From an uncultured Acidimicrobiaceae bacterium (GTDB taxonomy: Bacteria; Actinomycetota; Acidimicrobiia; Acidimicrobiales; RAAP-2): DNA of 64,000 nucleotides. The stretch is from assembly GCA_963717035.1 (NCBI GenBank), contig CAVQVK010000051.1:70685-134684 (forward strand), given 5' to 3'. Both the position numbers and the translations under genes were made by a program. Below, piece by piece: positions 52,635 to 63,329 of the stretch. The notes below the pieces were generated by a model. That model ran no database searches. It was given only the letters and a program-made list of their open reading frames with translations, and was not told where the DNA came from. Every line of letters starts with the position of its first letter. Position 1 is the stretch's first letter.

Positions 52635-53522
52635 TCAGATGTTGAACATGGTCCGGGCGGTACGGGTCGACGATTCCGCCACCGCTTCAGCCGTCAGCCC
52701 CTTGGCTACGGCCACCGCCGCGCCTACCAGTGGGACCCGGGCCGGCTCGTTGACCGAGCCTCGATGGGGGACGGGGGCGAGGAACGGCGAATCGGTCTCC
52801 ACCAATAACCGGTCCAGGGGGCACAGCTCAGCCGCCTCCCGGACGTCCCCGGCGCTCTTGAACGTCACGATCCCGCTGAACGAGAGGGATGCACCGATGT
52901 CCAGGCACCGCCGGGCCTCCGTCGGGCCTCCGGTGAAGCAGTGAAAGACCGTGCGCTCGGGGACCCCGGCAGAGGCCAGCACGTCGAACGTGTCGTCCCA
53001 GGCCTCCCGGGTGTGGATGACCAACGCCAAGTCGTGGGTTCGGGCCAGCTCGATCTGGGCGGCAAACGCGTCCCGCTGCACGTCCCTCGGCGAGTGGTCG
53101 TAGTGGTAGTCGAGCCCGCACTCCCCGACGGCCACCACCACCGCCGGTCCCTGTTGGTCCGCTCGCAGCTCGTCGTCGAGCAGGGCCGCCGCCGCTTCGA
53201 TCCCGTCGGAGGCGTCGTGAGGGTGCAAACCCACCGTGGCCCAAGCCTCGATGCCCTCGGCCCGAGCCGCCGAGCCCGAGGCGCGAAGGCGACGGACCAT
53301 GGCCACGGCCTCGGCCGAGGACCCGGCCCCGGTGCCCACGCAGACCAGCCGGGTCACGCCCGCCTCGGAGGCACGGGCCAAGGCCGCGTTCAGCGCGGTG
53401 GCATGACCGGCCCCGGTGGGCCCGGAGTGCGCCTCAGGACCGTCGGCTCTCGTTGCCGCGTCCAAGAACTCGTCTTGCAAGTGGCAGTGGGAATCGAACC
53501 ACTCCAGGACGGCATCGCTCAT
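52635..53522 (-). CDS. tatD: TatD-family metal-dependent hydrolase/DNase
   Basis: Intact. DSHCHL, GECGLDYHY, VIHTR, FHCFTG and ETDSPFL. Confidence 0.85.
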   Translation of the reverse strand: MSDAVLEWFDSHCHLQDEFLDAATRADGPEAHSGPTGAGHATALNAALARASEAGVTRLVCVGTGAGSSAEAVAMVRRLRASGSAARAEGIEAWATVGLHPHDASDGIEAAAALLDDELRADQQGPAVVVAVGECGLDYHYDHSPRDVQRDAFAAQIELARTHDLALVIHTREAWDDTFDVLASAGVPERTVFHCFTGGPTEARRCLDIGASLSFSGIVTFKSAGDVREAAELCPLDRLLVETDSPFLAPVPHRGSVNEPARVPLVGAAVAVAKGLTAEAVAESSTRTARTMFNI

Positions 53523-53593
53523 CGCGCGCCTGCCGCCCTGTTCACGACGTACATCCCGCCCTCTCCGCCATGAGCATGGTCACCGCGCGCCCG

Positions 53594-55102
53594 TCACGCC
53601 TTCCGCCGCGGGAACAGCGGCTGGCCTTTCTCCACCGGGAGGCCTCCCGGATAGCGGCCCCAAGACGCGTCCTCGGGGAGCCGGCCCTCTGCGGGGCTTC
53701 CGCTCAGACCGATCCGACGCCAGATCTCGGAGGCGGCGGTGGGCATGGCCGGTGAGATGAGGAGGGCCACGATCCGGAGCACCTCGAGGGCACTCCCGAG
53801 GACGGCATCGACCGCCGGTCCTGGTTCGGCCTTCCACGGCTCGGCCGTCTCGAGCTCGGCGTTGGTCTCCCGGATCAGGCGCCACGTCGCCTCGAGGGCC
53901 AGATGGGGAAGGGAGTCGTTCCAGGCGGCGATGGCGTCGGCTGCTCCCGCTACCGTGACCGAGGCCAGCCGGCTGTTGGCGTCGGGCGCCGGGCCGATGC
54001 CGTTGCACTTGCTGCCGACGACAGTGGCCACGCGAGCCACCAGGTTGCCGAGGTTGTTGGCCAGGTCGGCGTTGTACCGGGCGGTGATCCCCTCGGCCGA
54101 GAAATCGCCGTCGGAGCCCAGAGGCGTGTCCCGCAACAGGTGGTAGCGCACCGGGTCCACGCCGTAGTCGGCCACCAGGTCGCCCGGAGCGATCTGGTTG
54201 AGGCTCGACTTGGACATCTTCTCGCCTCCCACCAACAGCCAACCGTGGACCTGCACCTGGGCCGGCGGGTCGATCCCCGCGGCCATGCACATTGCCGGCC
54301 ACCACACACAGTGGAAGCGGATGATCTCCTTGCCGATCAGATGATGGACCGCGGGCCACCATGCGGCGAAGCGCTCCTCGTCCTCGCCGTAGCCGATGGC
54401 CGTCAGGTAGTTCACCAGAGCGTCGTACCAGACGTAGAACACATGGTCGCTGTCCCAGGGAACGGGAACGCCCCAGCTGATCGAGGTGCGGGTGATGGAG
54501 ATGTCATTGAGCCCACCCTTGATGAAGCTCAGGGCCTCGTTGCGCTTGGCCTCGGGCACGACGGCATCGGGTTGCTTCTCGTACCACTCGATGAGGCGGT
54601 CCTCGAAGGCGCTCAGCCGGAAGAAGTAGTTGTCCTCCTCGAGGACCTCCACCGGCGTTCGATGGACCGGGCACAACATGCCGTCGAGCAGCTCGGCCTC
54701 GGTGTAGTACTGCTCGCACGAGACGCAGTACAGCCCGCTGTAGGTGTCCTTGACGATCCAGCCGTTGTCGTAGATCTGCTGGAGGAACTGCTGGACGGTC
54801 CGGTGATGCCGGGGCTCGGTGGTCCGGATGAAGTCGTCGTAGCTGATGTCCAGCTCGTCCCACGCCGCCGCGAAGCGGGTCGAGAGGCTATCGGTCCACT
54901 CCTGCGGGGTGACGCCATGCTCCTCGGCCGCCCGAGCTACTTTCTGGCCGTGCTCGTCCGTGCCCGTCAGGAAAAAGACGTCGTCGCCCGCCAGCCGGTG
55001 CCAACGGGCCAGCGCATCGGCATTGACCGTCGTGTAGGCGTGGCCGACGTGCGGGGCGTCGTTGACGTAGTAGATCGGGGTTGTGACGTAGAAGCGGGGC
55101 AC
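53594..55102 (-). CDS. metG: Methionine--tRNA ligase (short, single-core form)
   Basis: Intact 502 aa. PIYYVNDAPHVGH (HIGH motif), KMSKS and the anticodon-binding domain. Confidence 0.92.
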   Translation of the reverse strand: MPRFYVTTPIYYVNDAPHVGHAYTTVNADALARWHRLAGDDVFFLTGTDEHGQKVARAAEEHGVTPQEWTDSLSTRFAAAWDELDISYDDFIRTTEPRHHRTVQQFLQQIYDNGWIVKDTYSGLYCVSCEQYYTEAELLDGMLCPVHRTPVEVLEEDNYFFRLSAFEDRLIEWYEKQPDAVVPEAKRNEALSFIKGGLNDISITRTSISWGVPVPWDSDHVFYVWYDALVNYLTAIGYGEDEERFAAWWPAVHHLIGKEIIRFHCVWWPAMCMAAGIDPPAQVQVHGWLLVGGEKMSKSSLNQIAPGDLVADYGVDPVRYHLLRDTPLGSDGDFSAEGITARYNADLANNLGNLVARVATVVGSKCNGIGPAPDANSRLASVTVAGAADAIAAWNDSLPHLALEATWRLIRETNAELETAEPWKAEPGPAVDAVLGSALEVLRIVALLISPAMPTAASEIWRRIGLSGSPAEGRLPEDASWGRYPGGLPVEKGQPLFPRRKA

Positions 55103-55154
55103 CGCCGGTAGCGTACCGACCGGATCGGGCTCATCCGACCGCCGGGGGGTTGGC

Positions 55155-55700
55155 TCACCAATTGGCGACGTGGCAACCGCCCATCCCGGTGCGCTCGGTG
55201 TAGCGCTGGTGGTAGGCCTCGGCCGGCCAGAACGTCGAGGCCGGGACGACCTCGGTCACGATGGGACGCCGGAACCGGTCCTGGAACTGCTGGATGGACT
55301 CCTTGGCCTGGAGCTCCTGCTCGTCGCTGTAGGTGAACACCGCGGAGCGGTACTGCGTGCCCACGTCAGGTCCCTGCCGGTTGGGGGTGGTCGGGTCGTG
55401 ATGTCGCCAGAAAGCCTCGAGGAGCTCGGGATAGGACACCACCGTGGGATCGAAGGTGACCAGGACGGCCTCGGCGTGTCCGGTGCTCCCCGAACACACC
55501 TGCTCGTAGCTGGGATTGGCCACGAACCCTCCCTCGTACCCGGAAATGGCATCGACCACGCCCGGTACCTCCCGGAAGAACTCCTCCACGCCCCAGAAGC
55601 ACCCGGCGGCGAACGCGGCAAGGGCCAGACCCTCGGGGACGTCCTCGGGCTCGATTGCCGGTGCCTGCGTCGTGTCCAACTGCGACCGTCCGAACATCAC
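55155..55700 (-). CDS. msrA: Peptide-methionine (S)-S-oxide reductase
   Basis: Intact. GCFWGVE, GY.GG...NP.Y..VC.G.TGH.E and HDPTT.NRQG.D.G.QYRS. Confidence 0.9.
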   Translation of the reverse strand: MMFGRSQLDTTQAPAIEPEDVPEGLALAAFAAGCFWGVEEFFREVPGVVDAISGYEGGFVANPSYEQVCSGSTGHAEAVLVTFDPTVVSYPELLEAFWRHHDPTTPNRQGPDVGTQYRSAVFTYSDEQELQAKESIQQFQDRFRRPIVTEVVPASTFWPAEAYHQRYTERTGMGGCHVANW

Positions 55701-55745
55701 GCCTCACTCTCGCTGCATTGCAGGACCCACGGCCCTACCTCTTTC

Positions 55746-56723
55746 TTAGTCAACCTTCTCACCGGGCTGCGCATTCCGGTCGTCGGGGTCGGCGGCGCTG
55801 GTTTTCGAGGCCAGGGCCAGGTCGTATACCCGACGACGGGGTATCCCGAACTGAGCGGCCACGGCGTCGACCGCCCCCCGGGTCCGCTCGCCCGCCTCCA
55901 CATGCGTGGCCACTGCCGCCAGGATGTCAGCGTCCTCCACGACCGGCATGGCCGTCGGCGGCGCCCCCTCGACCACCAGGACCACCTCTCCCCGGACGGT
56001 GGCCGCGCCGGCCCAGGCCCGAGCCTCGTCGAGGGTGCCCCGCCAGACCTCCTCGTGGAGCTTGGTCAGCTCCCGGGCTACCGCCACCCGACGAGCCCCA
56101 CCACACCAGACGGCCAGGTCCCCCAAGGTGGCCGCGACCCGGCCGGGGGCCTCGAAGAGCACGGTCGTCCGCTCCTCTCCGGCCACCTCCTCCAGCCGCC
56201 TGCGGCGATCGCGGCCCGAGCGAGGCAGGAATCCCTCGAAGCAGAATCGATCGGTGGCCAGGCCGCTGACCACGAGCGCAGCGATGACTGACGACGGCCC
56301 TGGGACCACCGACACGGTCGCGCCCGCCGCGGCCGCGGCCGCGACCAGACGACTCCCGGGATCCGAGATCCCGGGCATGCCGGCATCGCTGATGACGGCC
56401 ACCTTCCTTCCGGCCCCCACTTCCTCGAGGATCTCGGCGACGCGGTGGTCCTCGTTGTGCTCGTGCAGGGACCGCAGCGTCGGCCCGGAGATCCCGGCGT
56501 GGGTCAACAGCTTGCGGGAGTGCCGGGTGTCCTCGCAGTAGATGACCTGGGCTGCCGCCAACGTGGCCACCGCCCGGGGCGAGAGGTCGCCCAGGTTCCC
56601 GATCGGGGTCGCCACCAGGACGATGCTGCCCGCCTCCTGCCCGCCCGCCTCCTGCCCGCCACCCGCATCATTGCCGCTTCCTCGGCCGAGACCGGCGTCG
56701 CCGGTGCCATCGCCCTTGTTCAA
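55746..56723 (-). CDS. rsmI: 16S rRNA (cytidine1402-2'-O)-methyltransferase with a Gly-rich N-terminal extension
   Basis: LVATPIGNLGDLSPRA...IYCEDTRHS..LL, SDAGMP.ISDPG and PGPS. TTG at 56723 overlaps the DUF192 stop (TTGA); alternative ATG at 56759. A 15-bp tandem duplication at 56631-56660 encodes GGQEA twice. Confidence 0.85.
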   Translation of the reverse strand: MNKGDGTGDAGLGRGSGNDAGGGQEAGGQEAGSIVLVATPIGNLGDLSPRAVATLAAAQVIYCEDTRHSRKLLTHAGISGPTLRSLHEHNEDHRVAEILEEVGAGRKVAVISDAGMPGISDPGSRLVAAAAAAGATVSVVPGPSSVIAALVVSGLATDRFCFEGFLPRSGRDRRRRLEEVAGEERTTVLFEAPGRVAATLGDLAVWCGGARRVAVARELTKLHEEVWRGTLDEARAWAGAATVRGEVVLVVEGAPPTAMPVVEDADILAAVATHVEAGERTRGAVDAVAAQFGIPRRRVYDLALASKTSAADPDDRNAQPGEKVD

Positions 56724-57045
56724 CGCAACTCCAGGGTGTCGCCGACCGCCAGGCCCCATCGCTCGAAGGACCCTGCTTCCCCCTCGATCACCAGACGGGC
56801 CCGTGGGCACGGCAGGCCGAGCCGCCCCGGTCGCATCCGACGGACGCGGACCACGACGAGGTCCCGGTCGCAGTAGGCGACGTCGACGGGGAACCGCATG
56901 CCGAAGGTGTGCACGGCTCGGACCCGCTCGAGTACCAGGGCACCGCTATAGGAGTCTTTGCCCTTCAGCCCTTGGCTGAGCGGGAGCGCGGCCGGACGAC
57001 CTCGGCTGCGGCCAGCACATCTCCCTCTCGTAGCAACCAGTTCAT
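56720..57045 (-). CDS. DUF192 domain-containing protein (1 frameshift near 56960)
   Basis: MNWLLREGDVLAAAEV... then, in a second frame, ...VHTFGMRFPVDVAYCD...VIEGEAG...GDTLEL, as in DUF192 proteins. Confidence 0.55.
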
Positions 57046-57102
57046 CAAGACGGGGCGTGGAGGTTCACGGGTGGAAACCTAGTCGAGTAGCATTGCCGAG
57101 CT

Positions 57103-57186
57103 ATGTCGAAACGAACCAACAAGCGCAAGATCCGCGCTAAGAAGAAGGCCAACCACGGCAAGAAGCCGAATTGCGGCCGGGGCTGA
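57103..57186 (+). CDS. 50S ribosomal protein bL37 (Actinobacteria-specific ~25-aa microprotein)
   Basis: MSKRTNKRKIRAKKKANHGKKPNCGRG. The KANHGK(R/K)PN core matches mycobacterial bL37 (MAKRGRKKRDRKHSKANHGKRPNA, from memory). Too short for the supplied ORF track. Confidence 0.7.
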   Translation: MSKRTNKRKIRAKKKANHGKKPNCGRG

Positions 57187-57296
57187 GCCCAACGCTGCAT
57201 CTTTGAGCCTTTGGGTTCGAACGATCAGGTACTCCTGTCCCAGTTAGACCGGATGTCCCATCAGGTACTTCTGTCTCTGTGCTCGGCCGTGCTCGG

Positions 57297-58172
57297 TCAG
57301 GCGCTGCCTTCGGATGGGATCCACTTGGCCTTGTTCTGGCGGAGGACGGCGTCGAGCTCCGTCGGTAGGTCCGTGATGATCCCGTCGACCCCGAGATCGA
57401 CGAGCTCCCGCATCTCACTCCCGTCGTCAATGGTCCAGACGTGGACGGCGACCCCGGCACGGTGGGCCGCCTCGATGAACGCCTCGTTGACGATCTCGAG
57501 CTCCCCCACCCGGCGGGGAACCTGCAGGGCCACGTGCCGCAGATGGGCCGGGGTCTCGCCGGCCACCACCGACTGGTGGAAGGCAGCAACCGACTGCGTG
57601 CCGGCCGAGGTGGGGATCTCGGGCGCATAGGTCGAGAACGCATTGGTGGCGGCGTCGAGGAACGAGGCCACGATGACATCGTCTCGTCGCCCGAAACGCC
57701 TGAGCGTGGCAGCCAGCGCCTCCTCGTAGGGCGCCACCGTCGGCGCGGTCCGTTTGATGTCGAGGTTGAGGATCACCTCGGGGAACTGTTCGAGCACCTC
57801 GTCCAAGGTGGCGATCCGGAAGTCGGGGTCGTCGGGCGCTCGGCCTCGGAAGGGGTAGCTGGCCGGTGGTTGATCGTGATCGACGTCCGAACCCGGCACC
57901 CACCAGTAGGCGTTGTCGAGCTTTTGGACCTCAGCCAGCGGCATGGTGGCGATCTCACCGGATCCGTTGGTGGTCCGATCCACCGATGTGTCGTGGCTGA
58001 CCACCAGATGGCCGTCGGCGGTGGCATGGACATCCAGCTCGATGGCAGTGGCCCCGGCGGCCAACGCATTGCGGATGGCGTACAGCGTGGACGACGGCGC
58101 CTCCCACGCACCACCTTGGTGCGCGTAGGCGATGATCCGGCGACCGAGCCAGGAGATCGAGCTCGTTGTCAA
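57297..58172 (-). CDS. Glycerophosphodiester phosphodiesterase family protein (start uncertain: TTG 58172 or ATG 58283)
   Basis: AHQGG...PSSTL.A...A...GA..IELDVH.T.DG.LVV.HD..VDRTTNG and NLDIK...VHVWT.D...GVDGIITD. Confidence 0.8.
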   Translation of the reverse strand: MTTSSISWLGRRIIAYAHQGGAWEAPSSTLYAIRNALAAGATAIELDVHATADGHLVVSHDTSVDRTTNGSGEIATMPLAEVQKLDNAYWWVPGSDVDHDQPPASYPFRGRAPDDPDFRIATLDEVLEQFPEVILNLDIKRTAPTVAPYEEALAATLRRFGRRDDVIVASFLDAATNAFSTYAPEIPTSAGTQSVAAFHQSVVAGETPAHLRHVALQVPRRVGELEIVNEAFIEAAHRAGVAVHVWTIDDGSEMRELVDLGVDGIITDLPTELDAVLRQNKAKWIPSEGSA

Positions 58173-58263
58173 CGCACGACCACCGCCGTGGAGTGGGGCA
58201 AAGCCTTCGCCTGAAGCGGGCTCACGAGCACGTTCACAGAAGAACGGTAGCCTCTGCCGGGCA

Positions 58264-58869
58264 ATGCTTGACCATGTATTCATTCAGTTGGTGACCTCGC
58301 TCAAGGAGTCCTTCGAGTCCGCCCTGCTCCAGCGGCAGGCGGTCGAAGAGCGGTTCCAGGTCGACGTGTTCCTGGGCGACGTCAGCTTCGAGACCTCCTA
58401 CAGTCTCCCCGGCGAGCAACGCCCAGCGCGGATCCGGATGGACACCAGCTTGGACTGGCCCACGTGGAGCCAGACTGCCTACCGCAGCTGGTCCATCGGC
58501 GAAGAACCCGAGGAGCCCCCCGAGGTCTTGGTGGAGATCGCATTCCGGGCCCAGAACCTCGACGCCATTCCCGAGCTCGGCCCGTTGCTCGGCGCCCTGC
58601 CTGCCGACCTCTCGGTCCTCGGCGGCGATCCGCTGACACGGAGTGCCCCCACCGTGGAGCAGGTGTTCAACGGCGATCCCCGGGGCCCCGAATGCGCGGT
58701 CGAGGTCAGCTACGAGGGGGCATGTCCCCTGGACGAGACGATCCTCGAGCATCCCTCCGACCTGGCCGAGGCTTTGGCACCGCTGGGCCGATCGGTGGCA
58801 TCGGTATTGGTACGGCTGGGAGACCTGCCCTTTGCATTCCGCCCGCCGGAGCCCGCAGACCCGAGCTGA
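58264..58869 (+). CDS. Hypothetical acidic protein
   Basis: Intact ~201-aa ORF from ATG 58264 with coding-like composition. No family recognised. Confidence 0.45.
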   Translation: MLDHVFIQLVTSLKESFESALLQRQAVEERFQVDVFLGDVSFETSYSLPGEQRPARIRMDTSLDWPTWSQTAYRSWSIGEEPEEPPEVLVEIAFRAQNLDAIPELGPLLGALPADLSVLGGDPLTRSAPTVEQVFNGDPRGPECAVEVSYEGACPLDETILEHPSDLAEALAPLGRSVASVLVRLGDLPFAFRPPEPADPS

Positions 58870-58901
58870 GCGGTCTTGGACTTCGGCTCGGCCGCAGCGC
58901 C

Positions 58902-59955
58902 CTACGAGAACAGCCCGGCGGCAACAGCCAGGGCCCGCAGGTCGGCCTGGGGACGGGCCCCGACGTGGGCGATCACCTCGGCCGCACACACGCAACCGAG
59001 CTTGGCGCTCTCCTCGGGCTCGAGACCGTTGGTGATCCCGTAGAGGAAGCCCGCGGCGAACAGGTCGCCGGCTCCCGTGGTGTCCACCACCTTCTCCACC
59101 GGTGGGGCAGGCACGGCCACGGGACCGCTGGCGGTCACAACCACACTGCCGGCGGCCCCCCTGGTCAGGGCGGCCAGGACACCGGTCTCCTCGATGGCGG
59201 ACACGGCTGCGTCGAAGTCGGTGACCCCGAACAGGAGCATGATCTCTTCTTCGTTGGCAAACAGGACGTCGAGATCACCGTTCAGGAGCTCCAGGAACTC
59301 GGCTTGGTGGCTCCGCACGCAAAAGGGGTCCGACAGCGTCAGCGCCACCGCCGCGTTGTTGGCGTGGGCGATGTCCATCGCCTCCCGCATGGCCACCTTG
59401 GCCGCGTCCTGGTCCCACAGATAGCCCTCGAAGTAGGCCACCTGCGTGGAAGACAGCCGACCGGCATGGAGGTCGACGGACGCGAAGTCCGAGGCCACCC
59501 CGAGGTGAGTGGCCATCGTCCGTTCGGCGTCTTCGGTCACCAACACCAAGCAGTGCCCGGTCACGCTCTTTCCCGCTTGGCCGGCGTGGGCCTGGGCTCG
59601 AAGGCCACCCCGATGGAGCGGATGTCGTGGGTGAACGTCCGGCCGAGCTCGTCGTCGGCCACCCGGCCCAGAACGCGGCACGGCCGCCCAACGCGGCCAG
59701 CCCGGCGACGGTGTTGGCCGCTGATCCGCCCGATGCCTCGATGGTTGGCCCCATAGAGGCGTAAATGGCCTCGGAACGCTCGAGGTCGACGATGGCCATC
59801 GTCCCTTTGACCAGGCCCAACCGAATCAAGTCCTCATCGGCGGCCGATGCCAGCACGTCGACCAGGGCGTTGCCGATGGCAACGACATCGAGCTCGGTGT
59901 CTGGGCGGGGGCGTGGCTGGATGTCGACTGGTATCGCTTCGTGGTCGTTCTGCAC
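58902..59955 (-). CDS. PfkB-family carbohydrate/adenosine kinase (about 2 frameshifts near 59590-59680)
   Basis: VVAIGNALVDVL...GGSAANT in one frame. LFANEEE and DTTGAGDLFAAGFLYG in another. Confidence 0.8.
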
Positions 59956-59978
59956 GGTGCGACGGTAGCCTGCCGGAG

Positions 59979-62593
59979 ATGAGCGCTCCCACCGACGACG
60001 ATCCGACCGCGTACCGCCTCCCGTACTCCGTGGTGCCCAGCCGGTACCACCTCACCCTCGTTCCCGATCTGGTCGGCGCCACCTTCACCGGTGATGTGAG
60101 CATCGACGTCAGCGTCGCGGAACCGGTCACCGCCATCGTGTTGAACGCCGCCGAGCTGACCATCGACTCGGCCACGGCTCACCCCGGCCGGCAGCGATGG
60201 CGCCACCGCGCTCGAGCCCTCCTCGATCACCCTCGATGCCGACGAGGAACGGGTCACGCTCACCTTTCCCGATCCTGTTCCTACCGGTCCGGCCACCCTC
60301 CATCTGTCGTTCACCGGCATCCTCAACGACAAGCTGCACGGGTTCTACCGGAGCACCTTCACCGACGACGACGGCAACGAGCAGCTGATCGCCACCACCC
60401 AGATCGAGGCAACCGACGCCCGTCGGGCCTTCCCCTGCTGGGACGAGCCGGACCGCAAGGCCGTCGTTCGAGGTGACCCTGGTCGTCGACGAGGGGCTGG
60501 CCGCCTATCTCCAACGGCGCCGATCGTCGAGGAGCCCCGGAGCCTCGGGCGGACGGCCTCCGGCGGGTCGATCCGCTTCGCCCCGACCATGCCGATGTCC
60601 ACCTACCTGGTCGCCTTCATCGTCGGGCCCCTCGTGGCCACCGAGCCGGTCGACGTCGACGGCGTCCCCCTGCGGATCGTCCACCCGCCGGGCAAGGCCC
60701 ATCTGGCTCCCTACGCCCTGGAGGTCGGGGCCCACGCCCTGCGCTTTTTCGCCGACTACTTCGGCATCCCCTACCCGGCCGACAAGCTCGACCTGGTCGC
60801 CATCCCCGACTTCGCCTTCGGGGCCATGGAGAACCTGGGCTGCGTCACGTTCCGCGAGATCGGTCCTCCTGGTCGATCCGGCCAGGCGGCCCGGGTCGAG
60901 CTCGAGCGGGTCGCCGACGTGGTGTGCCACGAGATCGCCCACATGTGGTTCGGCGACCTGGTCACCATGAAATGGTGGAACGGCATCTGGCTGAACGAGG
61001 CGTTCGCCACGTTCATGGAGGTCCTCGCGCGTCGACGCCTTCCGCCCCGAATGGCAGCGGTGGGTCAGCTTCGGCGTCGGACGCGAAGCGGCCATGGCCG
61101 TCGACGGCCTCCATGCCACCCGGCCGGTCGAGTTCCCCGTGGGCCGGCCCGAGGAGGCCCAGGGCATGTTCGACGTCCTGACCTATCAGAAGGGCGGCAG
61201 CGTGCTGAGGATGCTGGAGCGCTACCTCGGGGCCGAGACCTTCCGGGACGGGCATCCGCGACTACCTGACCACCCACAGCTACTCCAACACCGAGACCGC
61301 CGACCTGTGGGACGCCCTGGAGACGGTCGAGCGGCCAGCCCGTGCGGGAGATCATGGACACGTGGATCTACCAGGGCGGCTATCCGCTGGTTCGGTTGGC
61401 TGAGGACGATCGGTGTCCCAGGAGCCGTTCTCGTATCGAGGTGAGCCCGGAGGGGCCATCGGGTCCTCGTGGCAGATCCCCGGCATTGGTCCGGTCGACG
61501 TCGGGAGGAGACGGCGATCCTGTTCCGGTCCTGGTGCCCGCTGACGGTGCGCCGGCCGCCGCCCTCCGGGCCACCGACCCACTGGTCAACGCCGGCGGCT
61601 CGGGTTTCTACCGAGTCGCCTACCCCACCACCGTGGTGGAGCGGCTGAGCGCCATCCTGCCCGAGCTCGAAGCCCTCGAGCGCTACAACCTGGTTTCCGA
61701 CTCGTGGGCCGCGGCCCTGGCCGGCCAGGCGCCGGTGAGCAACGTGTTCCGCCTGGCTGGCGCGCTCAGCCGTTCCGGCGAGCGCGACCCAAGCGTCTGG
61801 TCCGTGGTGATCGGTGCCCTCGGCTTGCTCGACCGGGTCGTTGCCGATGCCGACCGTCCCGTGCTCCAAGAGGCCGTGCGCTCCCTCGTGGGCCCGATCG
61901 CCGATCAGGTGGGCTGGGACCCGAGGGACGACGACGGGGAACGGACGCCGTCGCTGCGCTGCGTCGGTCCTCCGGACCCTGGGCACGATCGGTGCCGACC
62001 AGGAAATCCGGGACGAGGCCGCTCGTCGCTTCGCCGCGGCAAAGCCTGGTGGCGCCGACGGGACCGCCCTCCATCCCGACACCGAGTCGGCCGTGCTCGA
62101 GATCGTGGCCACCACCGGCGGCACCTCCGAGTTCGAGGTCTATCTGGAGCGGTACCGCAAGCCGACCAACCCCCAAGAGGAGAACCGGTACCTCTATGCC
62201 CTCTCCGCGTTCGACCAGCCCGATCTGGCCCAGCGGACCTACGACCTGGCCACGTCCGAGGTCCGTACCCAGAACGCGCCGTTCGTGCTGCAGCTCCTGG
62301 TGGCCAACCGGTTGACCGGTCCGGCGACCTGGGAGCGGATCACCACGGACTGGGATTCGTTGGTCGATCGGTTCCCGGCCAACATCCTCCCCCGCATGCT
62401 CGATGGCGTCCGCACGCTGTGCCGGACTCCCGAGCAGGCCGCGGCCGTCGCCGCCTTCGTCACGTCCCACCCCCTGCCCGCCGGCGGGAAGACGGTTGAG
62501 CAGATCCTCGAACGCCTGGACGTGAACGTGGCCTTCGGTCAACGAGTCGGCACCGGGCTGGCCGAGATCCTGGCCGGCGTGGCCCTCGGTTGA
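59979..62593 (+). CDS. pepN: Aminopeptidase N (M1 family); many frameshifts as assembled
   Basis: YRLP..V.P..Y.L, GAMENLG and HEIAHMWFGDLVTMKWWNGIWLNEAFATFME (HEXXH-X18-E). The ERAP1-like C-terminal domain continues to 62593. The pieces lie in all three frames. Confidence 0.88.
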
Positions 62594-62641
62594 CTGCGTT
62601 GGCCGTCTCCGAACCGGTCAACCTCGTGCCAGGCTGAGACG

Positions 62642-63313
62642 ATGGACACCGAGCAGTCTCACACCGGCCAGGGCGAACAGCCCACCGCGGCCACCGAGCG
62701 GCGCGACGAGCTCTTCGCCCTGGCTCGGGCAGCCGAGGGCTTCATGCCCGACAACGAGGGCGAGGCGCTCTATGAGGCGGCCCTGCGGGCCGGGCGCGAT
62801 GCCCACTCGGCCACGTTCGTCGAGGTGGGTGCGTGGTGTGGCAAGTCGACGGTCTATCTGGGGGCAGCGGCCGAGGCCTCCGGGGCCGTCCTGTTCAGCC
62901 TGGACCACCACCACGGCTCCGAGGAGAACCAGCCCGGGTGGGAGCATCACGATCCGGGCCTGATCGATCCCGCTACCGGGCGCATCGACACCCTGCCCCA
63001 CTGGCGGCGGACGGTCGGCGGCGCAGACCTGGAGCCGACCGTCGTCGGCCTGGTGGGCGACTCCCCGGTCGTGGCCGGTCGCTGGGCGACGCCACTGGAG
63101 TTCTGCTTCATCGACGGCGGCCACGGCGACGAGCCCGCCTGGGCCGACTATCGCGGTTGGTCCCCACACGTGCGGGTCGGCGGCCTCCTGGCCATCCACG
63201 ACGTGTTCCCCGACCCGGCCGACGGCGGTCGGCCTCCCTACGACTTGTGGCGCTACACGCTCGACTCGGCGCGTTCGAAGAAGAGAGCGGGTGCGGCTCG
63301 TTGCGAGTGCTGA
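62642..63313 (+). CDS. Class I SAM-dependent methyltransferase-like protein
   Basis: Intact 223 aa. FVEVGAWCGKST (motif I-like) and FCFIDGGH...LLAIHDV. Confidence 0.6.
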   Translation: MDTEQSHTGQGEQPTAATERRDELFALARAAEGFMPDNEGEALYEAALRAGRDAHSATFVEVGAWCGKSTVYLGAAAEASGAVLFSLDHHHGSEENQPGWEHHDPGLIDPATGRIDTLPHWRRTVGGADLEPTVVGLVGDSPVVAGRWATPLEFCFIDGGHGDEPAWADYRGWSPHVRVGGLLAIHDVFPDPADGGRPPYDLWRYTLDSARSKKRAGAARCEC

Positions 63314-63329
63314 CGAGGGTGGAGGCCCC

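Noticed and set aside
57224-57298. Direct repeats ATCAGGTACT(C/T)CTGTC (57224-57240 and 57260-57275) and GTGCTCGG x2 (57279-57298), between bL37 and the phosphodiesterase stop.
   Set aside because: There are only two imperfect copies each, with no hairpin or T-tract to support a terminator and no recognisable RNA family. I noted them but they are not strong enough to call.
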